From: a virus
Taxonomy: Duplodnaviria; Caudoviricetes
Virus record (IMG/VR): IMGVR_UViG_3300020044_003104
Span: 1 to 34,541 of that record
Length of the DNA stretch: 34,541 bases
Direction: 5' to 3' (one strand)
A program made the translations under genes and the position numbers. Under the pieces are notes generated by a model. It did no database searches. It was not told the DNA's origin and saw only the letters and a list, made by a program, of their open reading frames with translations. Of this stretch, positions 1 to 8,666 are shown piece by piece; the stretch's first letter is position 1; each line of letters opens with the position of its first letter.

Positions 1-121
1 ACATCATCAGCGGTAGTTGGAACGGACGCGCCACCAGCACCGCCAGAGGTAGTTGCCCACTTAGTCCCTGCCGTGCCGTCCCAAGATGCCGTGCCACCTA
101 CCCAATAACGATCAGCCATCT
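1..121. repeat. 121-bp direct terminal repeat (left copy); assembly circularisation overlap
   Basis: Identical to 34421-34541. It contains the start of the 1021-aa gene, so the ends join into a circle. Confidence 0.95.
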
Positions 122-288
122 TCGCTCACCGCTTCTGGCGGGTTTTCTACAAAGAACAGCCAGTTGTCCAGCCGCTCCTGCTTCATAGCCGCAATTTCTT
201 CTTCTGTGAACGTGTGGTCATCATCTAGGTGCAGCGCATCACGAAACACGCCGTAAGGTGAGTCAAACTCAAATACAATTTTGACCAT
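112..288 (-). CDS. 58-aa acidic hypothetical protein (MVKIVFEFDSPYGVFRDALHL...), possible fibre chaperone/assembly factor
   Basis: Read by hand (below the ORF-track cutoff). ATG at 288, TGA at 112-114, overlapping the ATG (117-119) of the 1021-aa gene. Confidence 0.75.
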   Translation of the reverse strand: MVKIVFEFDSPYGVFRDALHLDDDHTFTEEEIAAMKQERLDNWLFFVENPPEAVSEDG

Positions 289-297
289 TGTTATGCC

Positions 298-702
298 TTA
301 AAGCGCAAAGATACCAGAAGCATTCCAAGTAATATCAATGTTGCCGCCGTTTGGTGTTACAGGTAAGCCAGTGACGCTTGTGTCAATGTATGCAACCAGT
401 GGTGATGTAGCAGCCGAGCCTGTATCGATGTAAAGGATTAGCGCCTCAACTGTGCTGCCAGTAACAGACGTAAACGTAACGTCAGCGCCATCAAACACGC
501 CATTAGTAAACGTCTTGGAGCCAATCGTCTGTGGTGTTCCCACCGCCGCAGCAGATGCCGAAGAATAGAACTGATCCGCTGCGTTGTATGTGTATACGCC
601 AGTGTCGATCAGAGCCACCTTAACAGTGCCAGCCGAAAGGTTGTTGTTTGCTGTGAACTGGAGCAGTTGCTCTTTCCACTTTTGATATAATGCGTTTGCC
701 AT
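298..702 (-). CDS. Putative virion structural protein (134 aa, beta-rich, Thr/Ala/Gly-rich)
   Basis: Directly downstream of portal with GGGA SD. Composition and C-terminal 'PNGGNIDITWNASGIFAL' resemble phage fibre-base proteins. Confidence 0.65.
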   Translation of the reverse strand: MANALYQKWKEQLLQFTANNNLSAGTVKVALIDTGVYTYNAADQFYSSASAAAVGTPQTIGSKTFTNGVFDGADVTFTSVTGSTVEALILYIDTGSAATSPLVAYIDTSVTGLPVTPNGGNIDITWNASGIFAL

Positions 703-712
703 AAATATTTCC

Positions 713-3049
713 CTATTCTATTCCAACAATCTTGCCTTTTTCACGGATTAATTTCTTTGGTCGATTAACCGCTTTAAGTGCCGCCTCAGTAGCTTCCCGC
801 TGAGTCTTGCTCATTGCATCAACTGCATCCTTGAAGCCAGCAACGCCACTATCAATTCCAGACACAGCGTTCGTTATACTTTGGCTAGCCTGGGACATAG
901 TTTGTGCTGCCGTGATTTGAGCCTTCACAGTATCGACCTTGGATTCTATTTCTTCAAGCTGGCGCATCTTGATTGCTAGGTCGAACCGCTTGCTCTCAAT
1001 ATCCAAGAGTTCACGCTCTTGTTTAATCGGGTCAACAGTCTCAACCTTAGCTTGCGAAGCACCGTTGTTAGGGTTTTCAATCTCTGACAGGATCGAAAGC
1101 GTATCAGCCTTGGCCTTCTCAGCGTTAGCCATTGTAAGTTGCGTGTCAGCGTCAGCCTTACGAGCTAGTGCCTCCGACTTCTGCGCTTCAGCCATCAGAT
1201 ACATTGTCTGTGCGTCAGGCTGCACGTTTGCTTGTGCTTCCTGCATCTGGGCCTGTTCTTCTTCGCTTGGCTGCATGACGCCCATCTGGACTAGCTGCTT
1301 GCGGAAGTATTCCTTGATGTCGCCAATGCCCTCGCCTTCCATGTTCATGATAGCCATCGACTGTAGAACCTGTTGGGTTGTTGGGTCGGTGGTAACTTGC
1401 ATCATGCCTGTAAGCGCACGCACTGTAGCATCACGACGGCTCGATGACGATGGGCCAACGTCTACGGCAACGTCAAACAAAGCATCTGCCAAGTTGTTCT
1501 CATAAATGAGTTCGCCTGTCTCTGGGTCGATAGATGGCTTCATCAGTTCGATTGAACCAACTTCTTCCATTGCGCCGACAGTCTTCATCTTGCGCTTTTC
1601 TTCAACGTAGATGTCTTTCGACATTGACAGCCATATCTCACCACAGCGCCGCACAGCCTTTGCCATGTTGCTCATGTAGATAAACGTCTGCATATCCAAG
1701 CGGGTCTGGATAAGCTCTACAGCCTTGCCGCTGATGCCGCTGACCATCTTGTCGGCTTGCTGGCTGCTTCCCAGTATCTCAGCCATGTCGGATTCGGTGA
1801 TCTGCAACAGAGCTGCCATCGCTGGTGGAATCTGTGCGGACTTAGTGTAGGCAACTGGGCCAGACGCTTGAGTCTCGCCATTTGGCCCTGTGATTGGATT
1901 GACTAACAGATAAGGATAGTTGCGAAGGTTATCCTCTGCCCACATAACCTGATGGCCTGAGACTTGCTCTGGAACCAAGATAGGCTTTTCAATCGACGAA
2001 AGCGCACTGATCTCACCCAGCTTGGATAGCTGCATATTCTTCAGACGCTGTGGGTCTTTGGCTAGGCGAACATGGCCCATGCAACGCTCGACGTTATCAA
2101 CGAACCAACGCTTGCCGTAGACAGGAACGATTGGAATGTTCTTGCCAGCAATGTAGCCCATATCGTCAAGGATGCCGCCGCCGCTCATGATATACTTGCG
2201 GACGCGCTTACGCTTAGTGCGCTTCTGGCGAACCTCTACAGTGCCAACAGCAGCCAGTGTTTCTTCTAGCGTTTCGTCTGCATCAAAGTCGGCTTGCGTA
2301 TAGCGTTCTTCTTCACCTTGAATAGTCAGGAAGATGCGGACAGTCTCGCGGGTTTCCTCAACGCGATAGTATTCAGCGACGAACACAATGTCAGGCGTAT
2401 CCCAGTCAAACTCATACTGGTGGATTTCTTTAGGCCATGTCGATGGGTCATCGTTCCACTCAGCCTTGTAAGCCTCTTGCGTCATGGAATACAGAACGAA
2501 GCAATACTTAGCGTCGGCTTTGTCCTGGCGCTTTGCATCTAGATCGAAGAACACTGAGCTATCAGCGTCATAGATTGGTTCTATGCGGATGCGCTGGCGT
2601 TCGTCCTCATCGTTTTCTTCATCTTCATACGTTGTGCGTAAACGCCATGCGCCATAGCCACCGCCGACTGCTTCCTCAAAAGCGTTGTCGTATGCTTCTT
2701 CAGCGCCGCTGTCCCGTTCGTCTGCACGATAGAGACCATTGCATGTTTCGGTTAGCCTGTCGTTTGCTTCACCATCTTTGCTTACAAAGTCTACAGCGAT
2801 GCGGTTGTTGCGATATTCGTTGATGATACGAATGACGCTAAGGTGAATCTTGTTTACCTCGAAGCGTGGTTTGTTTTCGTATTGCTCACCTAGTGGGCCT
2901 TCCCACTGCGCTCCAGCAATGGAGTAGAAGCGTCGATCCTGAAGGCACTGCAATCGCTCATCACGAACTGAGGATTGAACACGATCAAACTCAATCAACG
3001 CCTGCTGATGTATGTTTGAGAATCTTTGTTCTTTATTCAGTCGAGCCAT
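713..3049 (-). CDS. Portal protein, P22 gp1-like, with C-terminal coiled-coil extension
   Basis: 778 aa, immediately after terL. 'DRRFYSIAGAQW', 'AFEEAVGGGYGAWRL', 'YIAGKNIPIVPVYG', 'KDPQRLKN' and 'DVGPSSSSRRDATV' are typical of P22-type portals. Confidence 0.93.
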   Translation of the reverse strand: MARLNKEQRFSNIHQQALIEFDRVQSSVRDERLQCLQDRRFYSIAGAQWEGPLGEQYENKPRFEVNKIHLSVIRIINEYRNNRIAVDFVSKDGEANDRLTETCNGLYRADERDSGAEEAYDNAFEEAVGGGYGAWRLRTTYEDEENDEDERQRIRIEPIYDADSSVFFDLDAKRQDKADAKYCFVLYSMTQEAYKAEWNDDPSTWPKEIHQYEFDWDTPDIVFVAEYYRVEETRETVRIFLTIQGEEERYTQADFDADETLEETLAAVGTVEVRQKRTKRKRVRKYIMSGGGILDDMGYIAGKNIPIVPVYGKRWFVDNVERCMGHVRLAKDPQRLKNMQLSKLGEISALSSIEKPILVPEQVSGHQVMWAEDNLRNYPYLLVNPITGPNGETQASGPVAYTKSAQIPPAMAALLQITESDMAEILGSSQQADKMVSGISGKAVELIQTRLDMQTFIYMSNMAKAVRRCGEIWLSMSKDIYVEEKRKMKTVGAMEEVGSIELMKPSIDPETGELIYENNLADALFDVAVDVGPSSSSRRDATVRALTGMMQVTTDPTTQQVLQSMAIMNMEGEGIGDIKEYFRKQLVQMGVMQPSEEEQAQMQEAQANVQPDAQTMYLMAEAQKSEALARKADADTQLTMANAEKAKADTLSILSEIENPNNGASQAKVETVDPIKQERELLDIESKRFDLAIKMRQLEEIESKVDTVKAQITAAQTMSQASQSITNAVSGIDSGVAGFKDAVDAMSKTQREATEAALKAVNRPKKLIREKGKIVGIE

Positions 3050-4276
3050 TTACCACCTACTCACAGTTGCCAAAGGTTGCACATCGAAAGTCTTTGGAGG
3101 GACTGCTCGACGTATGGCCTCGCACGCATAACGAAGTGCATCTATAAGGTGATTATCACGATCCGCAAGGATTGGCAAGATTTGTCCTGTCAATGGGTCA
3201 GTTTTGTAACTGTAGCACGTTAATTCGTCGATCGTGTGCTGGCAGCGAGGGTGAACAACGATGTCGTATGACTTCAACCATTCGACGCCTTCCTCTACAG
3301 ACTTAGGCCCTTTGACTGCTGCCATGATTTTCGGGAAGCCATGTTTACGCATATGACTAATCGTTTCAGGTCTGGCGCTATCAGCGACAATGGGCCACTT
3401 CTCTGACTCAGGCACAGTGAAGAACAGGTCAGGCGTGTCCATAATCTCACAGCCAACGCGATACGCCTCATGATCGACGTATATTGTTCTGCCTACAACA
3501 TGGCAGCGGATCAGGACAGTTGGGTCAGATGCAAAGCCCCAGTCAGCGCCGAAGCGATGCGTTGCGTCCTCTGGTGTATCGAAGTCCTCAATCTTCCAGT
3601 TACGGAATACACGCGCTTCGCTGTTCGATGCGTAGCTGCCCAGCCAAACGTGCTTGTATTTGTCAGGGTCTCTATCCCTGTCGTATTCCATTTCGTGTTT
3701 AAGCACATCAGGGAACCAAGGGTTATCTCGATAGTTTACCTGTGCAACCACAGCGTCAGGCGGTGGGCTTTCACCGCGCAGCAGCATATCAATCGGGTCA
3801 CTGCTGTTGAGCGGGTTCCATGTGAACCATAGCTCACTGTCTGGCTTACGGATTGTCGGACGCAATAGATCGAGCGAGCGTTGCGATAGCGTCTGCGATT
3901 CCTCCACCCAAGCGCAGTCGTAACCTTCCAGAGACTTAATAGAATCCGCCGTGTGATTCTGCATCCCCTGGAAGATGATTAGGCCATCGCCATGCCGTGA
4001 CTTGATTTGGCTTTCCTGAACCTCAAAGTAATCCTGAACGCCAAGCTGTTCGATTTTCAGCTCCAGCAAACGCTTGACCGACTGCGATAGCGACTTCTGT
4101 ATTTCACGGACGCAAACTGTTCTGCGCCGCTGATCCATAACGTGCGCTTCGATAACCATTTCCGCAAAGGCATGGCTCTTGCCCGATCCACGACCACCAT
4201 GAGCGCCTTTATAGCGGCTAGGCTTTAGGAATGGCTTGAACCATCGCGGTGTTTTAATCTTCAGCGTTGTCATCAA
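3050..4276 (-). CDS. terL: Terminase large subunit (PBSX/Terminase_3 type)
   Basis: Walker A GGRGSGKS, Walker B CAWVEE, TWNP motif, nuclease GADWG and DNHLIDALRYA. Confidence 0.96.
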   Translation of the reverse strand: MMTTLKIKTPRWFKPFLKPSRYKGAHGGRGSGKSHAFAEMVIEAHVMDQRRRTVCVREIQKSLSQSVKRLLELKIEQLGVQDYFEVQESQIKSRHGDGLIIFQGMQNHTADSIKSLEGYDCAWVEESQTLSQRSLDLLRPTIRKPDSELWFTWNPLNSSDPIDMLLRGESPPPDAVVAQVNYRDNPWFPDVLKHEMEYDRDRDPDKYKHVWLGSYASNSEARVFRNWKIEDFDTPEDATHRFGADWGFASDPTVLIRCHVVGRTIYVDHEAYRVGCEIMDTPDLFFTVPESEKWPIVADSARPETISHMRKHGFPKIMAAVKGPKSVEEGVEWLKSYDIVVHPRCQHTIDELTCYSYKTDPLTGQILPILADRDNHLIDALRYACEAIRRAVPPKTFDVQPLATVSRW

Positions 4277-4658
4277 TCACTTCGCGCTGGATGTGTGTCA
4301 CCAAATTGCCTGTGACGTTAAGCTTCGATGGAGCATCAAGGCCAATCATTGCGTTGATAGCTTTTACAGCGTTCACTTTGTCGCTTGGCTTTGCGTCAGA
4401 GTCCAAGCCTTTGGCTATCGTTGATAGAACATCAAGGCTGTCTGCCATCGTCCAAACTACACGTTCAGCAACGGCTGCTCGTAATTCAGCAACCCTTGTT
4501 GAAACGTCAGTATTGCTCATTAGCTTTGATGCGTTAGCTTGGCACGTTTCAGGCTTAGTTGTCGGCTTAACGTCAAAGGCGGCTCTGTAAGCGTCTGCCT
4601 GTGTTTTACCTGATGCTACTTCGTGAGCGAATCGCTCTTGTTTAGGTGTTAATGCCAT
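4254..4658 (-). CDS. terS: Terminase small subunit
   Basis: MALTPKQERFAHEV...QADAYRAAF...ANASKLM HTH pattern. Overlaps the terL start; start moved to ATG 4658. Confidence 0.85.
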   Translation of the reverse strand: MALTPKQERFAHEVASGKTQADAYRAAFDVKPTTKPETCQANASKLMSNTDVSTRVAELRAAVAERVVWTMADSLDVLSTIAKGLDSDAKPSDKVNAVKAINAMIGLDAPSKLNVTGNLVTHIQREVIDDNAED

Positions 4659-4707
4659 TTGTCTCAGCTTCCATAAAAGGTCTGGTATTTGTTCAATACA
4701 CCAGCAA

Positions 4708-5352
4708 TCATGAAATGAAAAGGTCTCCCTGCTTTTGTGCATCTTCAATGCGCTTGCAGGCTATGTCGAAATACTTGGACTCTCGTTCAATGCCGATAAA
4801 TTGCTTTCCCATCTGCACGGCTGCAACGCCTGTTGTTCCGCTTCCCATGAAAGGGTCAAACACTGTTTCAGCGTCATCTGGTAATTGTCGAACGCACCAC
4901 TTCATAACTTCAACGGGCTTTTGCGATGGGTGACAAAACGTTCGGTTTTCATGCACTCCCGCTCTCATTCCGCCATCCCAAACGTGGCATATAAATTTAG
5001 GCTTGCCCCAATCTCGCCAAGCAAGTTCAGTCGTGGAATAAGTGCGATTGTCGTTTGAAAAATCCATATCTACAGGGCGCTTAACCCAAGTAAGCCAACC
5101 CTCTTTTACTGGCAAAACGTCTGCAAAATACTGACCACCCCAGACTAAGTTGTAACGACCAATTAAAAGCGATTTTATGTCGAAGTCGATAACATCAATC
5201 CAAGGCTGATCCTGATGTGTAACGCGAGGCTTCCAGCCAATCCCATAAGGCGGATCAGTCACAACAGCGTCAACATTACCAAGCGTAGGCAGAATGTCGC
5301 GGCAGTCGCCTAGATACAGCGTTGCGTTGCCAATGATGACAGGCTCAACCAT
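4708..5352 (-). CDS. DNA N6-adenine/N4-cytosine methyltransferase (beta class), orphan
   Basis: TDPPY catalytic motif is N-terminal; HPSQKP and DPFMGSGTTG SAM-binding motif are C-terminal. Confidence 0.92.
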   Translation of the reverse strand: MVEPVIIGNATLYLGDCRDILPTLGNVDAVVTDPPYGIGWKPRVTHQDQPWIDVIDFDIKSLLIGRYNLVWGGQYFADVLPVKEGWLTWVKRPVDMDFSNDNRTYSTTELAWRDWGKPKFICHVWDGGMRAGVHENRTFCHPSQKPVEVMKWCVRQLPDDAETVFDPFMGSGTTGVAAVQMGKQFIGIERESKYFDIACKRIEDAQKQGDLFIS

Positions 5353-5566
5353 TCTCTAACTCAATAAGCTTGGACAGATAGTGCTGGCATTTCTGTAAGT
5401 CCTGCACTCCGTTCTTATCACGATAGCGGGATAAATACTTTATGCAATTACCCTGCAAATAACCTGAGAAGGCTTCTGCCGACATCCAGGACTCCATTGC
5501 TTGCCAAGGCTGAACGGTTTTAGATGCGTAATGGTCACCGCCTACTTGATGTGTATCAATACTCAT
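5345..5566 (-). CDS. DUF3310-like protein
   Basis: QVGGDHY...GNCIKYLSRYRDKNGVQDLQKCQHYL pattern. Strong GAGGAGG SD before ATG 5566. Confidence 0.85.
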   Translation of the reverse strand: MSIDTHQVGGDHYASKTVQPWQAMESWMSAEAFSGYLQGNCIKYLSRYRDKNGVQDLQKCQHYLSKLIELENG

Positions 5567-5774
5567 CTTCGTCCTCCTCGTAATCAAATGGATCGTATCC
5601 TTTTAGCATTGCATCGACTGCAACCATTATAGGCCCAGTGATACGCACCTTGCCAGCTTCCATCTTGCGGATGGTTGTGCCGCCATTGTCAGGCGATAGG
5701 CGGAGAGCGTCTGCCATCTCGTTGATGCTGTAGCCCATGCGGTGACGGGCAAGCTTTAGCTTTTCAGGTGTCAT
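5556..5774 (-). CDS. XRE-family HTH DNA-binding protein
   Basis: MTPEKLKLARHRMGYSINEMADAL...TIRKMEAG is an XRE HTH pattern. Confidence 0.85.
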   Translation of the reverse strand: MTPEKLKLARHRMGYSINEMADALRLSPDNGGTTIRKMEAGKVRITGPIMVAVDAMLKGYDPFDYEEDEDEY

Positions 5775-6012
5775 TTGCCGACTCCATCGCTGCCATCTTC
5801 TGCAATGAATGCACTATGGTGCTGTGATCGCGCTGCATAATCCGTCCAATCTCCGTGGTTGAATAGCCCTTTTTTCTTAGCCTTACAACGCATTTGCGTC
5901 TTACTTCAACGAGTGGCTTCACCTTGCTTTTGCCTAAGATGTCTTCAACTGTGTAGCCGTATAGCTCTGCTATGGCATCAATCTCTGCTAGGTTGCGTTC
6001 TCTTGGTGTCAT
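5764..6012 (-). CDS. DnaA C-terminal-like (TrpR-like) HTH protein
   Basis: IAELYGYTVEDILGKSK...VRR...YSTTEIGRIMQRDHSTIVHS matches the DnaA domain IV 'RDHSTV' signature. Confidence 0.85.
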   Translation of the reverse strand: MTPRERNLAEIDAIAELYGYTVEDILGKSKVKPLVEVRRKCVVRLRKKGYSTTEIGRIMQRDHSTIVHSLQKMAAMESANDT

Positions 6013-6314
6013 GAGTTAGCCAACAATTCATTGCTACGCATTTCTTCGTAGCGATAATCCGCTTCGTTTGCGCCAGCGTCATCTTCAAACTGAAATGCTA
6101 GTTCCTGCAATGTGCCAGCAGGGTCTTCGTCATAATCAACGATGGCTGTCAGCAATTCAATCTCTTGAGCGTCGCTAATGCCGAAAGCGTTGCCATTGAA
6201 AGTCATAGCGTAACGCGATTGACGCCACTCTGATTTCTGGCGCTTATGTTCTTCGGTGTAGGCGTTTAATGCGTCGATAGCGTCTTGCGCTAGTTGTGTA
6301 AGGTTCTTTCTCAT
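6009..6314 (-). CDS. Hypothetical acidic protein (101 aa)
   Basis: ATGA-type coupling with both neighbours; GAGGA SD. Confidence 0.7.
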   Translation of the reverse strand: MRKNLTQLAQDAIDALNAYTEEHKRQKSEWRQSRYAMTFNGNAFGISDAQEIELLTAIVDYDEDPAGTLQELAFQFEDDAGANEADYRYEEMRSNELLANS

Positions 6315-6556
6315 GCGTCCTCTCCTACAAAGTCAGGGTATAGCAATGCCTCTGTGACAATCGCGGCAGCGCAATGTTCTGCGCTTGAAAACTGATCCAT
6401 GTAAACAAAGCCCATTGCGTCGATGCAAGCATCAAACAAGCGATTGCTGTTGCGGATGTATTCGCGAGGATCGGCGCACGTTTCAAATGGGCCAGCGCGA
6501 AGCTGCTTAGATAGCAGTCCGTCGATGCGTTCAAATTGAGATAGGGTAATTGTCAT
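6311..6556 (-). CDS. Hypothetical protein (81 aa, MTITLSQFERIDG...)
   Basis: Start moved to ATG 6556; coupled to the downstream gene. Confidence 0.65.
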   Translation of the reverse strand: MTITLSQFERIDGLLSKQLRAGPFETCADPREYIRNSNRLFDACIDAMGFVYMDQFSSAEHCAAAIVTEALLYPDFVGEDA

Positions 6557-6594
6557 TTTACTTTTCCGTATTGGCGAGGCTGAGCCTCTGGTGG

Positions 6595-6620
6595 ATGGGG
6601 GCCGAAGCCCCCATTTTGTT
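6595..6620. terminator. 8-bp GC hairpin (cUUCGg loop on minus strand; U-tail only on plus strand)
   Basis: ATGGGGGC-CGAA-GCCCCCAT followed by TTTGTT on +. Sits just after the stop of the 50-aa minus-strand gene. Confidence 0.6.
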
Positions 6621-6771
6621 AAAGTGCGCTGAAGCCGACAGGCCATGCGTTTGCAGGCTTATCCGTCTTGGTGATTTGATAGTCCTTGCCAGAGTAACGT
6701 CGTGCTGCCGCCTCAGTTGCGTAGATGCCTACGGACTTTTTGGTTTTTGTGTTGGTTACTTCGTATTGCAT
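6619..6771 (-). CDS. 50-aa hypothetical early protein (MQYEVTNTKTKKSVGIYATEAAARRY...)
   Basis: Read by hand. AAGGAG SD 7 nt before ATG; first gene after the promoter at 6816-6844. Confidence 0.75.
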   Translation of the reverse strand: MQYEVTNTKTKKSVGIYATEAAARRYSGKDYQITKTDKPANAWPVGFSAL

Positions 6772-6806
6772 TATCAGGCTCCTTGTTGGTGGGACTATTC
6801 CCTTGC

Positions 6807-6857
6807 TGATGCCCCCTTATAAAAAGAGCTGTTTATTCTGTAAAGCGTTTTTTTCAT
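6807..6857 (-). promoter_or_regulatory. Sigma70-type early promoter, copy B (TTTACA-17-TATAAG)
   Basis: -35 at 6839-6844, -10 at 6816-6821. 43/51 nt identical to copy A at 12749-12799. Confidence 0.8.
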
Positions 6858-6861
6858 TTTA

Positions 6862-7029
6862 TTACGCTTTTTGTCGTTTTGCGTGTTCAATCGCAGCAAT
6901 CGCCCAGGCTTCGGGTGCGCCTTTGTATCGCCCCTTGGCCCAGTTCTGACGTATATCATTCAGTGATAGCTTTCCTGCCTGATACTTAGCCAGGTCACAC
7001 ATCAAGCTGGTGGCTGCGCTTTGGGTCAC
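6862..7029 (-). CDS. 55-aa hypothetical protein (MTQSAATSLMCDLAKYQAGK...)
   Basis: Read by hand. GTG start overlaps the upstream TGA (GTGA). Confidence 0.6.
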   Translation of the reverse strand: MTQSAATSLMCDLAKYQAGKLSLNDIRQNWAKGRYKGAPEAWAIAAIEHAKRQKA

Positions 7030-7607
7030 CTGACTGTAAATTCCCCATCAACCAATCGAAGGTGACCAAGCTCTTCAGCAATACGCAACCAACGCTCTGG
7101 TTTATCTGTAAGCTCAACAGGCTCGCCAACGCGCAGCGACATAATAAATTCATCGAACCTTGCTTGCGTGTGATTTGAACAGATCAGAAGTGCCTTGTCC
7201 TTTCGGGTCGTGCGCGGCGTGTAGCTATCCAATATCTGCAAGCACTGGCGAGGCGTCGGGAACCAATCAAGTTCTTTGCAGACGCGCTCTGTCATGTAGC
7301 TAAGGGCTTCCTTTGTGTAGCCACCTAGAATCCGTGCATAGACTGCTGTCCGCATCTGTCCGCTTTGCTCGTCGGTGTTCTTGCTTGGCAAGGTCGCTTC
7401 GATGAATTGCAGTTGCTTGGCAAGTTCGCGTGTTTCAACTGGGATGTTCTCAACAGGCATCGCTAAGGCAATCGACCGTAGTTCATCGCACTCTGCTACT
7501 GTAAGCTCAGAACGGCTCATCAGTTCGTCCATCCGCGACATATCGAAGTGCTGCGGCAAAGCCGTTTTCGTTTCTAGTGTTACCAGTTGTCCGATTTGCT
7601 GCGCCAT
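7026..7607 (-). CDS. Putative helicase loader / replication protein P-like
   Basis: Follows the initiator. 'YARILGGYTKEAL...CKELDWFPTPRQC' resembles the FPT motif of phage loader/G39P-like proteins. Confidence 0.55.
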   Translation of the reverse strand: MAQQIGQLVTLETKTALPQHFDMSRMDELMSRSELTVAECDELRSIALAMPVENIPVETRELAKQLQFIEATLPSKNTDEQSGQMRTAVYARILGGYTKEALSYMTERVCKELDWFPTPRQCLQILDSYTPRTTRKDKALLICSNHTQARFDEFIMSLRVGEPVELTDKPERWLRIAEELGHLRLVDGEFTVR

Positions 7608-8217
7608 TTTTTTGCTCCTTAATTTCGTAAAGGTCTGTCCAGCTGTTCATTGTGCTGCGATCTAGAACTTCTGTTATGTTTTGGCCCTTGGCTCTCAATT
7701 TATCCAGTTTGCTGATAGCCTGATTGTAAGCCCTGTCCGTTAATGGTTTCTTGCGAAGCATACGCATCTCAACCCATCCATTCCAAGCGTCAACAGGAAT
7801 CCAATCTGGAAGCTCCGCTCTTATATACTTAATTGGTTTATGATTTGTGTTTATATCTGGTATAGGTTCGCCCTTCTGGTCATTTTCATTTGTCTTTTTG
7901 GGCAAATGGATTTCTTCCTTTAGGCAAGTCGGTGAATACCATTTCGTCCGATCATATGCAGACTTGTTAAAGCATCCACTTGCAATCAAACCATCGCTTT
8001 CAAGCTTGTCTAATGCAGTCCGTATTTGCTTGCCAGTTAGGTAAGGAAACAGCTCTGAAAACGCAGACACACTGTTATATGTCCACCAACGCCCTTCATA
8101 AAAATGGCGTCCATTGGCAGCATTCTTTTCAGCCCAGTAAAAAAGGTTCTGATAAATCACGGCAGCGTTGAGACCAACACGAGCCGCGATCGCTGGATCA
8201 AATTGATGTGCGCTCAT
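7507..8217 (-). CDS. Phage replication initiator (lambda O-like organisation, N-terminal wHTH)
   Basis: N-terminal 'GLNAAVIYQNL..W...WTYNS...QIRTALDKL' wHTH, an iteron-bearing linker, and C-terminal 'LPDWIPVDAWNGWVEMR...RSTMNSW'. Confidence 0.8.
   Translation of the reverse strand: MSAHQFDPAIAARVGLNAAVIYQNLFYWAEKNAANGRHFYEGRWWTYNSVSAFSELFPYLTGKQIRTALDKLESDGLIASGCFNKSAYDRTKWYSPTCLKEEIHLPKKTNENDQKGEPIPDINTNHKPIKYIRAELPDWIPVDAWNGWVEMRMLRKKPLTDRAYNQAISKLDKLRAKGQNITEVLDRSTMNSWTDLYEIKEQKNGAANRTTGNTRNENGFAAALRYVADGRTDEPF
7820..7930. promoter_or_regulatory. Candidate replication origin inside the initiator gene
   Basis: Three degenerate ~21-bp repeats (minus strand TTGCCTAAAGGAAGAAAT / TTGCCCAAAAAGACAAAT / ATGACCAGAAGGGCGAAC) next to an AT-rich tract at 7820-7860. 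Confidence 0.55.
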
Positions 8218-8633
8218 TTCACGCCCTTTCTAGAATTGCATGAACGACACATTGTTTGCAGATTATCGAACGATGTCGTGCCACCCTTAATTTCTGGAAT
8301 TATATGGTCGCAGCACAAATCTAAATGAGTCTCGCAAGAAACGCACCTGTATAAATCCCTCTCCATTACGGACTTGGATAATTTACGGCCTATTTTTGCT
8401 TTTTGATATAGTTTAGATTTTGACGTATTGTCATGTGGCCAACTGTAACCATTGCTCTTTATCATATCAGCAAATTGCTCAAAAACCCAGCCGCCTTGAC
8501 CGTCTCCCCAGTGCCAATACCATCCTAAATCACTTTTTATGATTTCTAGGGAATTAAAAAAACGGTCAACGGCTTGAGATTCTAAACTCTCATCAAGCTC
8601 TTGCGCGATGGTTCTGTGGCGTGTATTACTCAT
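8214..8633 (-). CDS. HNH endonuclease
   Basis: CVSC...DHIIPEIKGG...NLQTMCRSCNSRKG; GAAGGAGG SD. Confidence 0.9.
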   Translation of the reverse strand: MSNTRHRTIAQELDESLESQAVDRFFNSLEIIKSDLGWYWHWGDGQGGWVFEQFADMIKSNGYSWPHDNTSKSKLYQKAKIGRKLSKSVMERDLYRCVSCETHLDLCCDHIIPEIKGGTTSFDNLQTMCRSCNSRKGVK

Positions 8634-8666
8634 TACAGCGATGCCTCCTTCTGCTAGGCGTTGTTA

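Noticed and set aside
1-121. Biological direct terminal repeat
   Set aside because: An exact 121-nt duplication inside coding sequence is typical of assembler k-mer overlap. It indicates circularity, not physical genome ends.
4708-5352. Restriction-modification system
   Set aside because: No adjacent cognate endonuclease. Orphan MTases are common in phages, and the target site cannot be inferred by eye.
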